A stretch of DNA of 55,391 bases, the filler included, from Platydemus manokwari (taxonomy: Eukaryota): NCBI GenBank assembly GCA_037951405.1. It is 5 parts of 5 records of this genome, joined end to end, with 100 filler letters (N's around TTAATTAATTAA, not from the genome) between each part and the next. Parts side by side here need not be neighbours in the genome. Positions count along the whole stretch, not along the records: positions 31,305 to 41,176 come from JBBMOY011194432.1; positions 41,277 to 55,391 come from JBBMOY011525856.1; 3 more parts are not named here. One strand, 5' to 3'. The notes beneath the pieces were generated by a model. The model did not search any database and was not told where the DNA came from. It saw only the letters and a list, made by a program, of their open reading frames with translations. Shown here one piece after another: positions 40,225 through 52,290 of this stretch. The translations under genes were made by a program, and so were the position numbers. Every line of letters starts with the position of its first letter. Within the stretch, counting starts at the first letter, position 1.

Positions 40225-41176
40225 TGTTCAGATTATTTCGATGGCACTTGATATTGAAGTTGTATCGAATGAAATTTTGTGATTAATCTAGTGATTAATG
40301 TAGTGATTAATATAGTCAGTAACGAGTGTACAGATGTATTTGTTTATTAATAAATCGAACTCAATGAAAATCAATTTTTGTTAATTTTTATTATTGTAAA
40401 CTCATTTTTGAAACGATCGAAAAATTTTATTAGCTAATGATATGTTGAAGTCTGATTTGTTGAATTAATTCTTTTATGTTTGCTTTTTCAAAATTGATTT
40501 TTGTCGAGTTTTTCATTTTTGGTATTTTCTATCGCTGGGAATTATTTTGCTCTTGTGGTTTCACTTTGATTGAAGTGAAAATTTTATCCGAAAAATTTAG
40601 AATTCTTGTATGTAATGTTTATTTGGGTTTATGAATTGACCCATTGACAATTCCAAATGGTAGTCCTCTGATAAACCGATTTCATAGTTCTTTCTAATCA
40701 CTAGTATCGTATATTGAACTAATACATAATTCATTAATTGGTGGATTTGAACCCATGGTCATATTACTCAAAGTCATCATAAACTTTATTATATTACACA
40801 ATACTCTTCTTATTGGATTGAGGTTCGAGACTTTTACCATTAGCACATGTTTTGAATGTATTTTGATTTCATATAAACAAAACTCACACTGATAACTAAA
40901 ATGCATTATTAGATATATTTGCGATGATATTATCGAATTTTACAATCATATGGTGATCGAATTTTAAAAAAAAATATTAATTGAAAATTATAGTAATATG
41001 TAATATGATTTTTTACCATTAAAAATGAAAAACAAAGATTAATAATAATAATTAACGGAATTAACGAAAGTACACCTTTCGATACTTCGTAGCTGCAACT
41101 ATATCTATGCATTGAAAATGAATCTAAGAACTTCGAATAAGAAAAGTATATGTAATAATAATATACATTTAATAAT

Positions 41177-41276
41177 NNNNNNNNNNNNNNNNNNNNNNNN
41201 NNNNNNNNNNNNNNNNNNNNTTAATTAATTAANNNNNNNNNNNNNNNNNNNNNNNNNNNNNNNNNNNNNNNNNNNN
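41177..41276. other. Artificial contig linker
   Basis: 44N-TTAATTAATTAA-44N. Confidence 0.99.
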
Positions 41277-44200
41277 AACTTCTTCGGTGTGATTAGCCAA
41301 TTATTCTCTTCTCAATGTAAACATCTGTTTTTAATTCAATATATCTTGCTATTTGTTATATAATTCTACTAACTTTAAGAAACAATATTTATATTTAATT
41401 AACATTTTAAATCTGAAAATTATTTCTTTTTAGTATTTCTTCAAGCAATTTTTGGTATTTATATTTATTAAAAGATAATCAACGTGTCTTGTTATTGTAA
41501 TTATTTCTTAAGGCTATCAATTATTAATTCTATCTAACCAGTACGCATTTCGTTATTTCTTTAAACAGCTGTTACTTGTGTTTGTTTCATTTCTATATTA
41601 TTCAAATCAATCAATGCGTATTGTGATTTATCACAAATACTTATTTACTTCCTCCATTAAAGTGTGCTCTGCAGTGAAAATTTATCATTTTAGTATATTC
41701 TTCTGTTATGTAAGTAGTACCCTAAGAAAACACCACAGGTAAGTAGTAATTGTTTTAAATTTGTACTTAATCAAAGGAATTTTATGATGCTTCATACTTG
41801 TTCTCCCGTTAGAGATTAATTGTTTTAGCATTAGTACTTTATTATATTTTATTAGTCGAGTTCTGATTGGTTTTATATATTAAAGTCCTAATGTCCATAG
41901 AGTGAGGTTATCTTACTGATATTGTTTTGGTATTTTCTATTTTTATGTGTTATGTAAGACGATTGACATTTCAACGAATAACGGCTTTTGAAATTAATCT
42001 AGATATTATTATAGATGTCTAGTCTACTCATTTTGAATATTTTCCAAAACTTAAAATATTTAACTTAAATTATTTGTTATGTTGGATTTAAATTATAACT
42101 TTCTTAATTGGATGGAATTAGAAAACTTATACATACAAATTATCTATCTTCATTTTTATCTAATTTTGTTAAAAAAAATTGTTAATAAGCTTGAAACTTT
42201 TCGATATTTGAAAATTATCGATTATCATATGATAGAGAATCAGAATGCCTAATTAAATACTCGATTCTATATGCCTTTGGTTCTGTTTAGAAATTAGCAA
42301 TTTCATTATTGAAGATTTTTCTCCGTTTACTCTTGCGAAAGTTTTTCTCTGCATTTAAATCAGGTACATTCAAAGAGTTGTAACAGATTGACAGAAAATA
42401 ATTCACAAGCATGAACTAGCTTGAAATCGAGGACATACCAAACTATTATAAAAATCTTGGTAACAAACACAAAGTAAACAATTCTTGATTAAAAAATAAA
42501 ATTATTAATTGATTTTTTATTTTCTATAAAAAATAAATAGATAAATTTGCATTATGTAATACAAATAATATTAAAGATATCAGTAACAGCACAAGCAAAA
42601 AATTAAAATTAATTTTTATCTAAATTTGATACGGCTTAAGTTATGCATTTGCCGTATTTGAATAGCCTTTATCGCATCAAAAATTTTTATTTACACCTAA
42701 TTATTTTCGAAATGTACAGAATGTCTCTGGATAACAATAGTTGTTGGGAAAGCTTTGTTGAAATTGAAACTGTTTTATGTATGACTAATAATTATGCAAA
42801 TGTTTACTTCTATTGATATTGTCAGTAATAAGAAGAACTATTAAAAACATCAAAGATTCTAATAATTAACGAATACTGACAATAATCTATTTTACAATGA
42901 AAGTAATCCTTAGAGATTTCCGATTACCCAATGTTGAAAAAAATGAATGCCAAAAATACTATATCCATTAAATTTTATTATTCAGTGTTACAAGATTTAT
43001 TTAAATACAAATTTGTTTGGTTTTTTGGATTAATTTTTACCTGCTTGGGTCTGAAAGCTTCGATTCGTGACGTCATCAGCACAGTAGAGGCGTACCCTGT
43101 TACAATTTTGCTTTCTTTCACTCATCTAGGCTTTTCGATGGGTAGAAATTGTATGCTTTTGTGCAGTATAAATGAAGTCGAAACACCGGTCGAGTGAAAA
43201 TGCCAGATTTTCCCTGAATGTTCAATGTTGCCTTTGAGCATTCTTTGAACCGATTTCGGATCCAATTTATATCTAAGCTCTGGTTTATTTTGAGTTCGCT
43301 GCAACTGTTGCTTCTTGCTTTACTTCGGTTTCTCATGGTGTTGTTCAATACAAACACTGTATTCTTATATATCATTTCTTGATTACTTTATTTTAACGGC
43401 ACCATTTTTTTCGATTGCGTTAATTTTTTATTTGCATTTTCCGGCACAATGACCGTTACTATTTTTATTTTTCCTCTAACTGTGAATCATTTTTTTCCGA
43501 TCTACTCCTTTTTAGATTAAATAATGTTTATTTTTATTACTATTTTATTGTTTCTGCTTGTTAATATCTGATTTTCATCATAATTTGTAATATAATAATA
43601 ATTATTGTTATTATTATTATTAAATATTTCATTATTATTATTATTACGATTTATTTCTATATTCACTGTCGTTATTTATTTAGTTTTTCTTTTAATTATA
43701 CTTTTTTATTTAAAATATTTATTAAATCTTTGTCGCTTCCTATTGGCATTCTTTCCGATTTAAAATTCAAAGACTTTCATACACAAAGATACATTTCACT
43801 CGCAAGATACATTTATTCAGCATGAAAATAATACAATTATTTTTAAAAAGTAAAGAGTCAAAAATAGAGAATAAAAATGAAAAACACAAATTAATTCAAT
43901 TAAGTTCTACAGATGATCAAATGTAACTTGTTTTGCACACTGGGTGTTGACGATTGAGGCTTTAAGACTTTGTTGTTTGCTGATTTCTATGTTGGACATT
44001 TGTCGGAATTGGTGAAGCGATTTTGGGTAAATTTCATTTGAATGCTGATTCTGGATGTGTTCAGAGAGATTGGAAATAGTTTTTGAAAATTGTTTTGTTG
44101 GGATTGGAAATTGTGTTATTTGTGCAGGGATGGGAATTGCTTTGAGATTAAATCTTCAAATTAAGAATTTTTGAAAAGAACATACAGTTACACATTATCG

Positions 44201-44640
44201 TAAATTTTTATTTTATTAAAATGGTTTTCTATATTTGTTTTGATTTAGCCAGTAGTAGGTTACCTTGTCAATGAATACTCACAGTAAATGAATGTTGAGA
44301 GATTCTAATTACATATTGGTCTTTCATGTCGTCGAAATATGGAAATATTAATACAATTGATACTATCAGTACTTTTTGTATTTGATATGTTTTCCAAACA
44401 TATCTTTGAAGATGTCATTAAAATTCACTAATAGTTTTCGCATGTATTGCTCTTATTTTAATTTTCTAAAGTTCTATGAAAAAGGTAGTAAGGATTGCAT
44501 TGTTTTAAGTTATTATGTTTTATCATTCGCTAGAATTGGTTTTTTTTCCTTTCTTGTGGATGGTATCAATAATAAATTATCACTCAAGGACGGGATCCGC
44601 ATAGGAAAGTTGTATAAAGAATAAAATACAACCAATAAAT

Positions 44641-44866
44641 CTGGCTTTTAGAAAAATCACGCAAAAGTCACCGAACAGAATGAATGTTACCGACGGAAAA
44701 GATTGGTTGTTGCTCAAGAAATCCAACCAATTTTATAAGCCATATTAAGTGTCCACTTGATGTCCCAAAGCTACGAATTTCATTTGATAAATTCGTTCAT
44801 ACATCGATATGTTAGCAGTTTCTCTTACTTCTCTCGTGCCATTTGCGAATATCAGTGTTTGTAGCC
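44641..44866 (-). repeat. Dispersed LTR-like repeat, homologous to 27394-27621
   Basis: The reverse complement aligns colinearly with 27394-27621, including the TATAAAA box. Confidence 0.75.
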
Positions 44867-47800
44867 ATTTATTGGTATGCGCTAGTCGAATATTAATATG
44901 AATTGATATATAGAATGAAGCTGAATTTCATTGATTTTTAATACTTAAACTAGGACTAATAGTTTACTTGTCAAAAATCGAGTACATGAATATCGATTGT
45001 AATTAATTCACGAGGAAGTTAATTAGACTGATCTACATGATAAGTTTCGGGCTCTTGAATTACTTTTGTTTACTATATATTATTATTGATTATTTTTATC
45101 ACTATCCAGAACTTTATCAGTCTGTGGAGTCCTTTCGACTCTGCTAGTATTTATACCTTCGATTAATGTTCTATGTCTCAACGTTTTAAACTTTTATGGA
45201 TATCAGTGGCACGGCGTAGATAGCTGTTTACATAATTTAAACTCTATCAATGCCTTTTGTTGAATTAAATCTTATTTCAATTATTTTATCAGTGTCTTAA
45301 CTTTATTCCTATAATATTCCTAATGGTTGATGATTGAAAATTATTATATTTAACTATGAAATTTAGAATCCTTATGATCAACAAGCTTATTGATAACAAG
45401 CTCTTTATGGATAAAAATATTTATTAAGGATTTCAAATTTACAAAATTCAGTAGTTTGTACAAATATTGCGTAATGGACACAAATTAATATTTTATACTA
45501 TTATTACGTTAAAGACAAGTATACTGAAATTAATTACGCTATACAGTTCAACGTAGGCATCAACTAATAATTCAGAGTAGCAGATCGTAGACTAAATAAG
45601 GCTCTTCATCGATATTAGGAAAGTGTATTTGAAGGTATTTGAAAAAAAATAAAATAAAAAATCTAATATTTATTATACATAAATGTTTGCCTTCACAAGG
45701 CAATGGGATATCCCTCACCTCGACTTTAAGTTTTTATTTGATATTGGTTTGTAATGTTTTTTTTTCCATTATTGGCTGCGCAGAGTGGCAATACCATGGT
45801 TTCCGGCAAAGTAGAATCTTCTGTCTTGGCATTTTTTTGAGGTTTTATCATTTTTTGTTGATATTGATAGAATGATTATGATTATGATGTAGAAGACTTA
45901 GTAGATATGAGGTTCGCTGATTGATTCAGTTGTCCTTTCGGTAAATTTGCTTTGTTTTCAGAGCTCATAGAGAATGTCAATCGAAGAGTGTTGTTATTCA
46001 TTTGGGTTTGCCTCCAGTGTATTTATAGATTTGCTAGAGTTTGAGATCTTAGCCGAATGTTGTTGGCATTGAGAATAAATTGATCACGGAGTATTGAAAT
46101 TATTATTTGTTGTTGCACATGTGGAAAATAAAGATAAAGAGGTTAAAATTAATATTTAAAATTTATACAAATCACTTAATAAAAATTGTTTAATACATCT
46201 AAACACCAATAATCAAATTATTTGCTACCATTATACACCTATAATCAAATCACCAAAAAGATTCAAATTTGCTCATTTGACGTTATCCAAGTTATTTGAA
46301 ATTCATATACCTTTTGCATAGCTTTGTAACATTAATTTATCTCTCTGTTAATGTTTACCAAGAGGCACTGTATTTCTATATCTCTGCATGTTTTTCTCAA
46401 AATTGCTTTTATTTCGACACCTGATCAGCTAACTTTTCATTATCCACATACTGTCGATCACATTCGTCCTTTCTATTTGATGTGTTACGGGCTTGTGGCT
46501 TTAATTAATTTTTCTATCACTTTCGACTTCATTCTTTTTGAAGATCACTGTTGTCTTGATCAGTCTCGATGAGTCCTAATCAAGCCCCATGTACAAACTA
46601 TTAAACCTATCAATCTTTTCTTCAAGTCATGATTATCTGCAAAAATGATCTTAATTATTTTAATGTTATCAGTCTTAAATTGATATTTTAAATTGCCTAT
46701 GTAATCTATATTAAAAAACAATCGGACTCACGTTGATTTGAAATAATATAAATTGAAATATGAATTCCGCAAAACTCGAGTCAATAGCAATGACGCTTCC
46801 GCAAACTGTGTCTGTTGGACTGACGGCAAATTCGAAGTTAATGATCTTAGTGTTTTCCAAATTGATGAGGCCTGACGTCACGAATAATCGTAAAGTTTTA
46901 ATATGGTTATTTTTTGTTTTCTGTGTGCTATTATCCTTCATTTTATATATATCGTGGTCTCCCATATATTATCCCTCAATAAATTTTGTTTTGTTATATT
47001 TTTTATTAAATTCCTTAGAGATTTTAATTCTATTCTAACTAATATTTGCCATACAAAAGATGCTTTATAAATTTATATCGGAAATATGTTAAATTTTCAA
47101 AATTCCCATGATAATTATAAATATAAAATTACATAATACTATATATATATATATTATGATTATAATTTTTATAATTATGAATTTCTTTTAATAAATAATT
47201 CATCCAGAATCGGAAAGGTTTAATGAAGGAATAAAAATTTTTACAATTAATGTAAAACTTACATTAATTCATGCAGATTAGTTTTATAAAACTGAAAAAC
47301 GTTACATTACAATAATCATAAATTAACTGGTACATCAACTGACACATATTGTTACATTAATCGATATCGTTCGATTAAATGTTAAACTACGATATACATG
47401 AAATATAAAAATTGCTACATTATACGTTGATAATCAACATTTGAAATAAATTATTGCTATACTATACTTAAATAATCAGGTATTATTCGGCAGTTATCAA
47501 GGGTTTTCTACTCTTTTGTTTTTTCACTTTCGATATACTGCTCAGGCTCCGTCCACGGCTGCTCGTATTCCAGCTGTTCCGTGATCATTTGTTCATCCTC
47601 TTGATCTTCAGTTGCCAACCATAATTGTTCTAAGAAGATCTGATCTTGATCAGTCAATTAATAGCTTTCCTGTGGCACTTCCATATATTATATAATAAGT
47701 TATTGGTTGGATTTGAATTTTTTATAGGGGCTTTAATAACAGGTATGATGACCGCGTTATTGAAAAAACAGATGCTCAGTTTATAAAGGTTTTCAGGAAA

Positions 47801-48534
47801 GTTAAGGCAATAAAGCCCTAACCAAGTTAAATTTAATCGTGATGAGAAAAAATGGTCGATTGACTCTGCAATCTTTATTTAATAAATTAATTGTTAAAAT
47901 GTAAATCAGTGCTATCAGATCTATGTATGTGTGAATGTCAGCTCTGATATGTTGATTCAAAAGTCGGAAGACAATCATTTTAATAATGCGTTTATTTCAG
48001 GAATAAAAAAGAAAGATAACCGAAATGATTGAGAAAAAATGTGAGCAAATAGCCGGCACGTTGCCTTAGCAAGTAACTAGCGCAGTCCGAGGCGGACGGC
48101 GAAGCGGTAAGATAAATAAGAGATGAAGTTTGGCATATTGGTAGTTAACACAATATAGCATAAATTTAAATAATTATTCCATTATAATACAATTCTGAAA
48201 TATTATTTATAAGGATTAGATTAAGTGAATTTGACTTCTTAATAAATTCATCGTATAAAAATGTAAATAAAATTACTGTTAACTATGTAATGAAATAAAT
48301 CTTCACTTTCCGCTCAGTTAGTAAATAAGTCTTCTATATTAAATATCAGCGATCGTTAGCTTGATAATGTCTACTTTCTCAGAATTATTTCGTCTTCAGT
48401 CGTAATTTCGCTTTCAACGTAAATAGAAATTACTAGATGTGATTTTTGGTTGTGTTGTGTTCTGGCTTTAGCTTGGTTTTATACCATGCTGATCCGTCCT
48501 CCGCTTTTTTTTATTTTTAGTAACCTTACAATCC

Positions 48535-48720
48535 GTTATCAACGGCCTCCACTTTTATTATTGTTGAGTGCTTTATATTTATGTTTGTTCTCGTTATAAT
48601 TTTGAAGTACCACTATATTTTAAATTTGTTATCAACAGCCTCCACCTTTATTGTTGGTTTAAGTTCTTGTTATTTATGTTTGTTCTTGTTATAATTTTAA
48701 AATACTAATACATTTTTCTT
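48535..48720. repeat. Diverged ~93-bp tandem duplication
   Basis: TTATCAAC.GCCTCCAC.TTTATT...TATTTATGTTTGTTCT.GTTATAATTTT starts at 48536 and again at 48629. Confidence 0.8.
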
Positions 48721-48885
48721 ATGTTGTATTTTTATTATTCTATGTTATAAACATGCTGTTACATTATTATATTTATTCTCCATTATAATTTGGCATTAAT
48801 TCTAATCGCAACTTTACCGTACTGTTATATTAATATTTGCCGTATTTTCTTTTATTGTATTAACGTTCCCCAAATCTGTCATGAA

Positions 48886-48905
48886 TCCTCTCCCCCCGCC
48901 TCTTT
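48886..48905 (-). promoter_or_regulatory. Candidate polypurine tract of the LTR element
   Basis: Minus strand AAAGAGGCGGGGGGAGAGGA is followed by TTCATGACA (a possibly mutated TG-start LTR end), about 480 bp downstream of the last ORF remnant. Confidence 0.5.
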
Positions 48906-49382
48906 ACATGATTCATAAAAATAAATTTAAACACAAAAATATCGCATTATTAACCAGTATTGGATTACACATAAAAATTGTCACCATTGTTAACCGTAAA
49001 ATTGTCACACAAAATAAACATAAAGGTTCTCAGCATAATCATTGTCTATATGTTACAGCTGTTGGGATTGAGGCCGGATTTAAATTCAAATTGAATTGGG
49101 TTTGAATTTGGGTGCATTTTACATCCATATTCAAAGGTATATATTATATATTAATAGGCGTATACTATGTGTATGTTATAATGCACTTTGCTATATACAT
49201 CTTATAATACATTGCTGTATGTTTGTTCTGTTGGGTCTGAATAAGGTTTTAGATGGAAAGATGGAAAATTTTGAATATGATTTTCTAATAATAAGGATTA
49301 GGCTTGGTATGTGATTAAAAAGTTTGACTAGTTTCATTGGTGTGGGACTCCCAACAAAAAAAAATCTTCGGTGAACTGAAAA

Positions 49383-50700
49383 TTAGATTATCATGATTCG
49401 CCTTTTCTCTGCAATCTTGTTTGCCCTCAACTGATGAAATTGCTTTATATGCTTTTTCCAGAATTTGTCTCCTTTTTTGCCCATATATTGTTCCTGGGCT
49501 GATTTAAGCTCCCATAAATCTCTCCTAGTTCGGATCACTGTTTTTTCTGCGGGAAACTTTCTTTCCACCCACTTAAATATGCTTATAGCTTAGTTTAATA
49601 TTCTGTCTTCTTGTATTTTCATTTGATATCTTCTGTCATAATTATCTTCCATTGAATCAATCCATTTCTCATTTTTGATTTTGTAGATTTCTATGACTGC
49701 TTCTATCTCTTCGTTAATATTTCCCAATTGGATTATTTTTCTTCTTATTATTCTCTAATAAATGTTCTTCATATTTTCGCTTGGGCAAATGTTGTTTTCT
49801 TTCAATATTCTATTCATTGTTTGGGCTCCTTTGGTGTCCAATAACTTCTTCCATGAGAATAGACAAAGCTCTCAATTTCTTCTTCAGACGGTATCAAATT
49901 ATTATTTTTCCATTGGTAAGCTTTATGATTTATCGACTAATTTCTTCAGAATCCACCGCTCCTCGTAAAGAAACTTCTTTAAGCTTATTTTTATTCGAAG
50001 AGTAGTGTTTAATTTCCCTCCTGGATCAACATTTTTGCTCAACAATAAATTTTCCTCTATGATCTCTTAAACTTATCCATACAGAGTATTCTTTATTATT
50101 ATCATCTGTTGTTTTTTTACGGCAAGATAATTATCAAAGAATTGCTCTTCATATCTATTGATATCATTCGGCTTACGAATAAATGCCATTTTGTTCTTTA
50201 GTTTATCAAAAGAAATTCTGATGGGACTATCAGTGATGTACGGGTTAGGTTTTCGAAATTCTACTGGATCAGTTGACCAGGTTCAATAAACTCATTAGCG
50301 TGTAAGGGATACTTCTCGCTCTAATTGTAAATTTTCGAATTCTGCTTGGCTATTTTTGAGGCAAAAGATAGATAAACGCTGATGAAACAACTTCGAGGTC
50401 AACTTTTTCAGAATGATATTTAATAGTGATCTCAGTCTGTGCGTTATGAGCGATAATTGTTGTAGGGGTAAGGGCAAATTGGAAATTACGCTTTTGAAGT
50501 TAAAGCTACCTTATTCTTGAGAATATTAGATGATTATTGTTCTTTTCAATTGCGACTATATTCTTAGGTGGTTTGGGAGATGATGTTTTCTTCCTAAACC
50601 GAAAGGTACTTTCTTCACTTCTGATCGAATATTGTTGAAAAAATTTTCTTGAAAAATATTGGATGATGATAGTACTTGCTTCCATATCTTTGTGTTAATA
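49383..50700 (-). pseudogene. Decayed ORF of unknown function within the element
   Basis: ORF fragments 50477-50295 and 49568-49383 plus intervening stop-interrupted coding-like sequence (e.g. WSTDPVEFRKPNPYITDSPIRISFDKL). No family recognised. Confidence 0.45.
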
Positions 50701-50759
50701 GTAATTTTTATAACATAAAAAATCAATTACTTGTATCAATTGATTTGGAATTCGAAATT

Positions 50760-52290
50760 AGAGGCTTGATCTTTGCTTTTATATATTTTTGGTACTTTAA
50801 TCCTATTGGCTGATATTTTATGGACTCTATTTTCATTGGGTAAAAATTTTGGGGTAATTTTTCATTAGTTAATTCTTTTCTCCCTATTATTTTGTTTACC
50901 AGGAATTTTTTATTTACAGGAATTAATTTGTTTACATTGAAGTTCCATTCAAACAATATCTTATAATTCATTCTTATTTTATTTCTATAAAAATTGGGTT
51001 TCCATTCAAACCAAATCCAAAGAGATTATTATTCCCTATTCTATCATTACCACAATAATTTTCATTAAATATGCTTCATGATTTTTCAACTGGTATTTAT
51101 ATTTATTGTTCCTACTATCCATATTTGCACATTTAAATATCAACTCATATTCAAAATTGTTGATTCCATTAAATGTCACTAAGATATTTCCTATTTTACT
51201 AAAATATTTATTTATATACAAGTTCTGGGTCTGTTATAGCTAATGCTAACTTGGTCTTTAAAACTTCTCTACTGAGCTTACAATCATTCAAGACTAACTC
51301 CATGTAAACTTTCTCCATTAATCCTTGGGCTAAGTGATAGAAATAGTTCAGTTTATTGTTAAGGTATTGTGCCAGTTTCACATCTAACTTATTCACTTCT
51401 TTTTGGCATCTTTTATTTCATTTTCACTTAAGTATATCATCTTATAGTTTGTTACTATTTAAGCACATCTCTTATCTTGTCTTTTATATATGAATCTCAT
51501 TCCACTTTTTCCTTCTTCACCCATGTATACTGTAGGCGTTTCCTTCATTCTAACTTCTGATGTTTCTCTATTACTGTCGGGTAGATAATTTTCTGCAAAT
51601 TTTGTCTCCTTAAATGTTTTACCATTCATTGAATGTAATTTTTCCTTTGTTAATAATGTTAATAGACATTGGTATAGATTTGACTTATACATATTTCTTT
51701 TCTATATTCATAATCTATCCATGTTGTCATTTTTTTAGTTTGTGGATCAAATATTGTGTGAAATTCTGTTAACTCTATGATGTAATGTCTTAATCCCATT
51801 ACATTTTCTAATGTCTTATTCCACACTTGATTTTCCGATTCTTTACAATATCCTCCTGTTCCTCTCCAACCTGCTAGTCCTATTGTTTGTCTTGTAATAC
51901 CTTTTCCTAATGTTATAGCATCTCCTCTTGAAGTGTAATATGTTCGTTTCTCAAATGCTTGTGTACATTTTTCTCTGTTGGTATTTCTGACATTGGTGCC
52001 TATTCTGGTTCTAATATTGTTGTATATGCCTTTGATGTCCATGAACAATGAAATGTTAGCTCTTGATACATTATTTTAAACTATCTGGCTTTTTCAAACA
52101 GAATTTCGGACTCTTGGTACACATAAATTTACTAGGTTATAAATTTTGTTAAGTTTACAGGTTATGCTTCTATGTCTATTAATGAATATTTTGTCCCCAC
52201 TGTGGTTTCGCACAATCATAACCGTCTTATCCTCCCATTAATCCTACTAAATACATTGTTAATAATGTTTGAACTATGGTAGTAAACTTA
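50760..52290 (-). pseudogene. Chuvirus-like (class III / gB-like) envelope glycoprotein pseudogene
   Basis: Across frameshifts: hydrophobic leader, GYDC (52223-52212), YSLIDIE, IYVYQESE, ELTFHCSWTS, REKC..TYY..TRQTIGLAG..GYC..ENV, then YLNNKLNY...MEKVYMELVLNDCKLSREVLKTKLALAITDPE. The motif order matches that recalled for chuviral glycoproteins and the related env of BEL/Pao elements. Confidence 0.7.

Noticed and set aside
43055-43085. CTGATGA on the minus strand as a possible hammerhead ribozyme (also CTGAAGACGAAA near 48388-48400)
   Set aside because: No GAAA after a viable stem II in the first case, only 1 nt between the core halves in the second, and no stems I/III found.
43040-43500. Minus-strand coding-like stretch (85-aa ORF 43118-43375)
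   Set aside because: In-frame stops on both sides, no recognisable family and no consistent exon chain.
46300-46620. Faint integrase-like remnant on the minus strand
   Set aside because: Too many stops; DDE residues cannot be assigned by eye.
51659-52048. MFMDIKGIYNNIR looks like a Gypsy RT motif (LDxKxAY..IR)
   Set aside because: No downstream RT motifs. The alternative frame there (ELTFHCSWTS) and the rest of the ORF fit the glycoprotein pattern instead.
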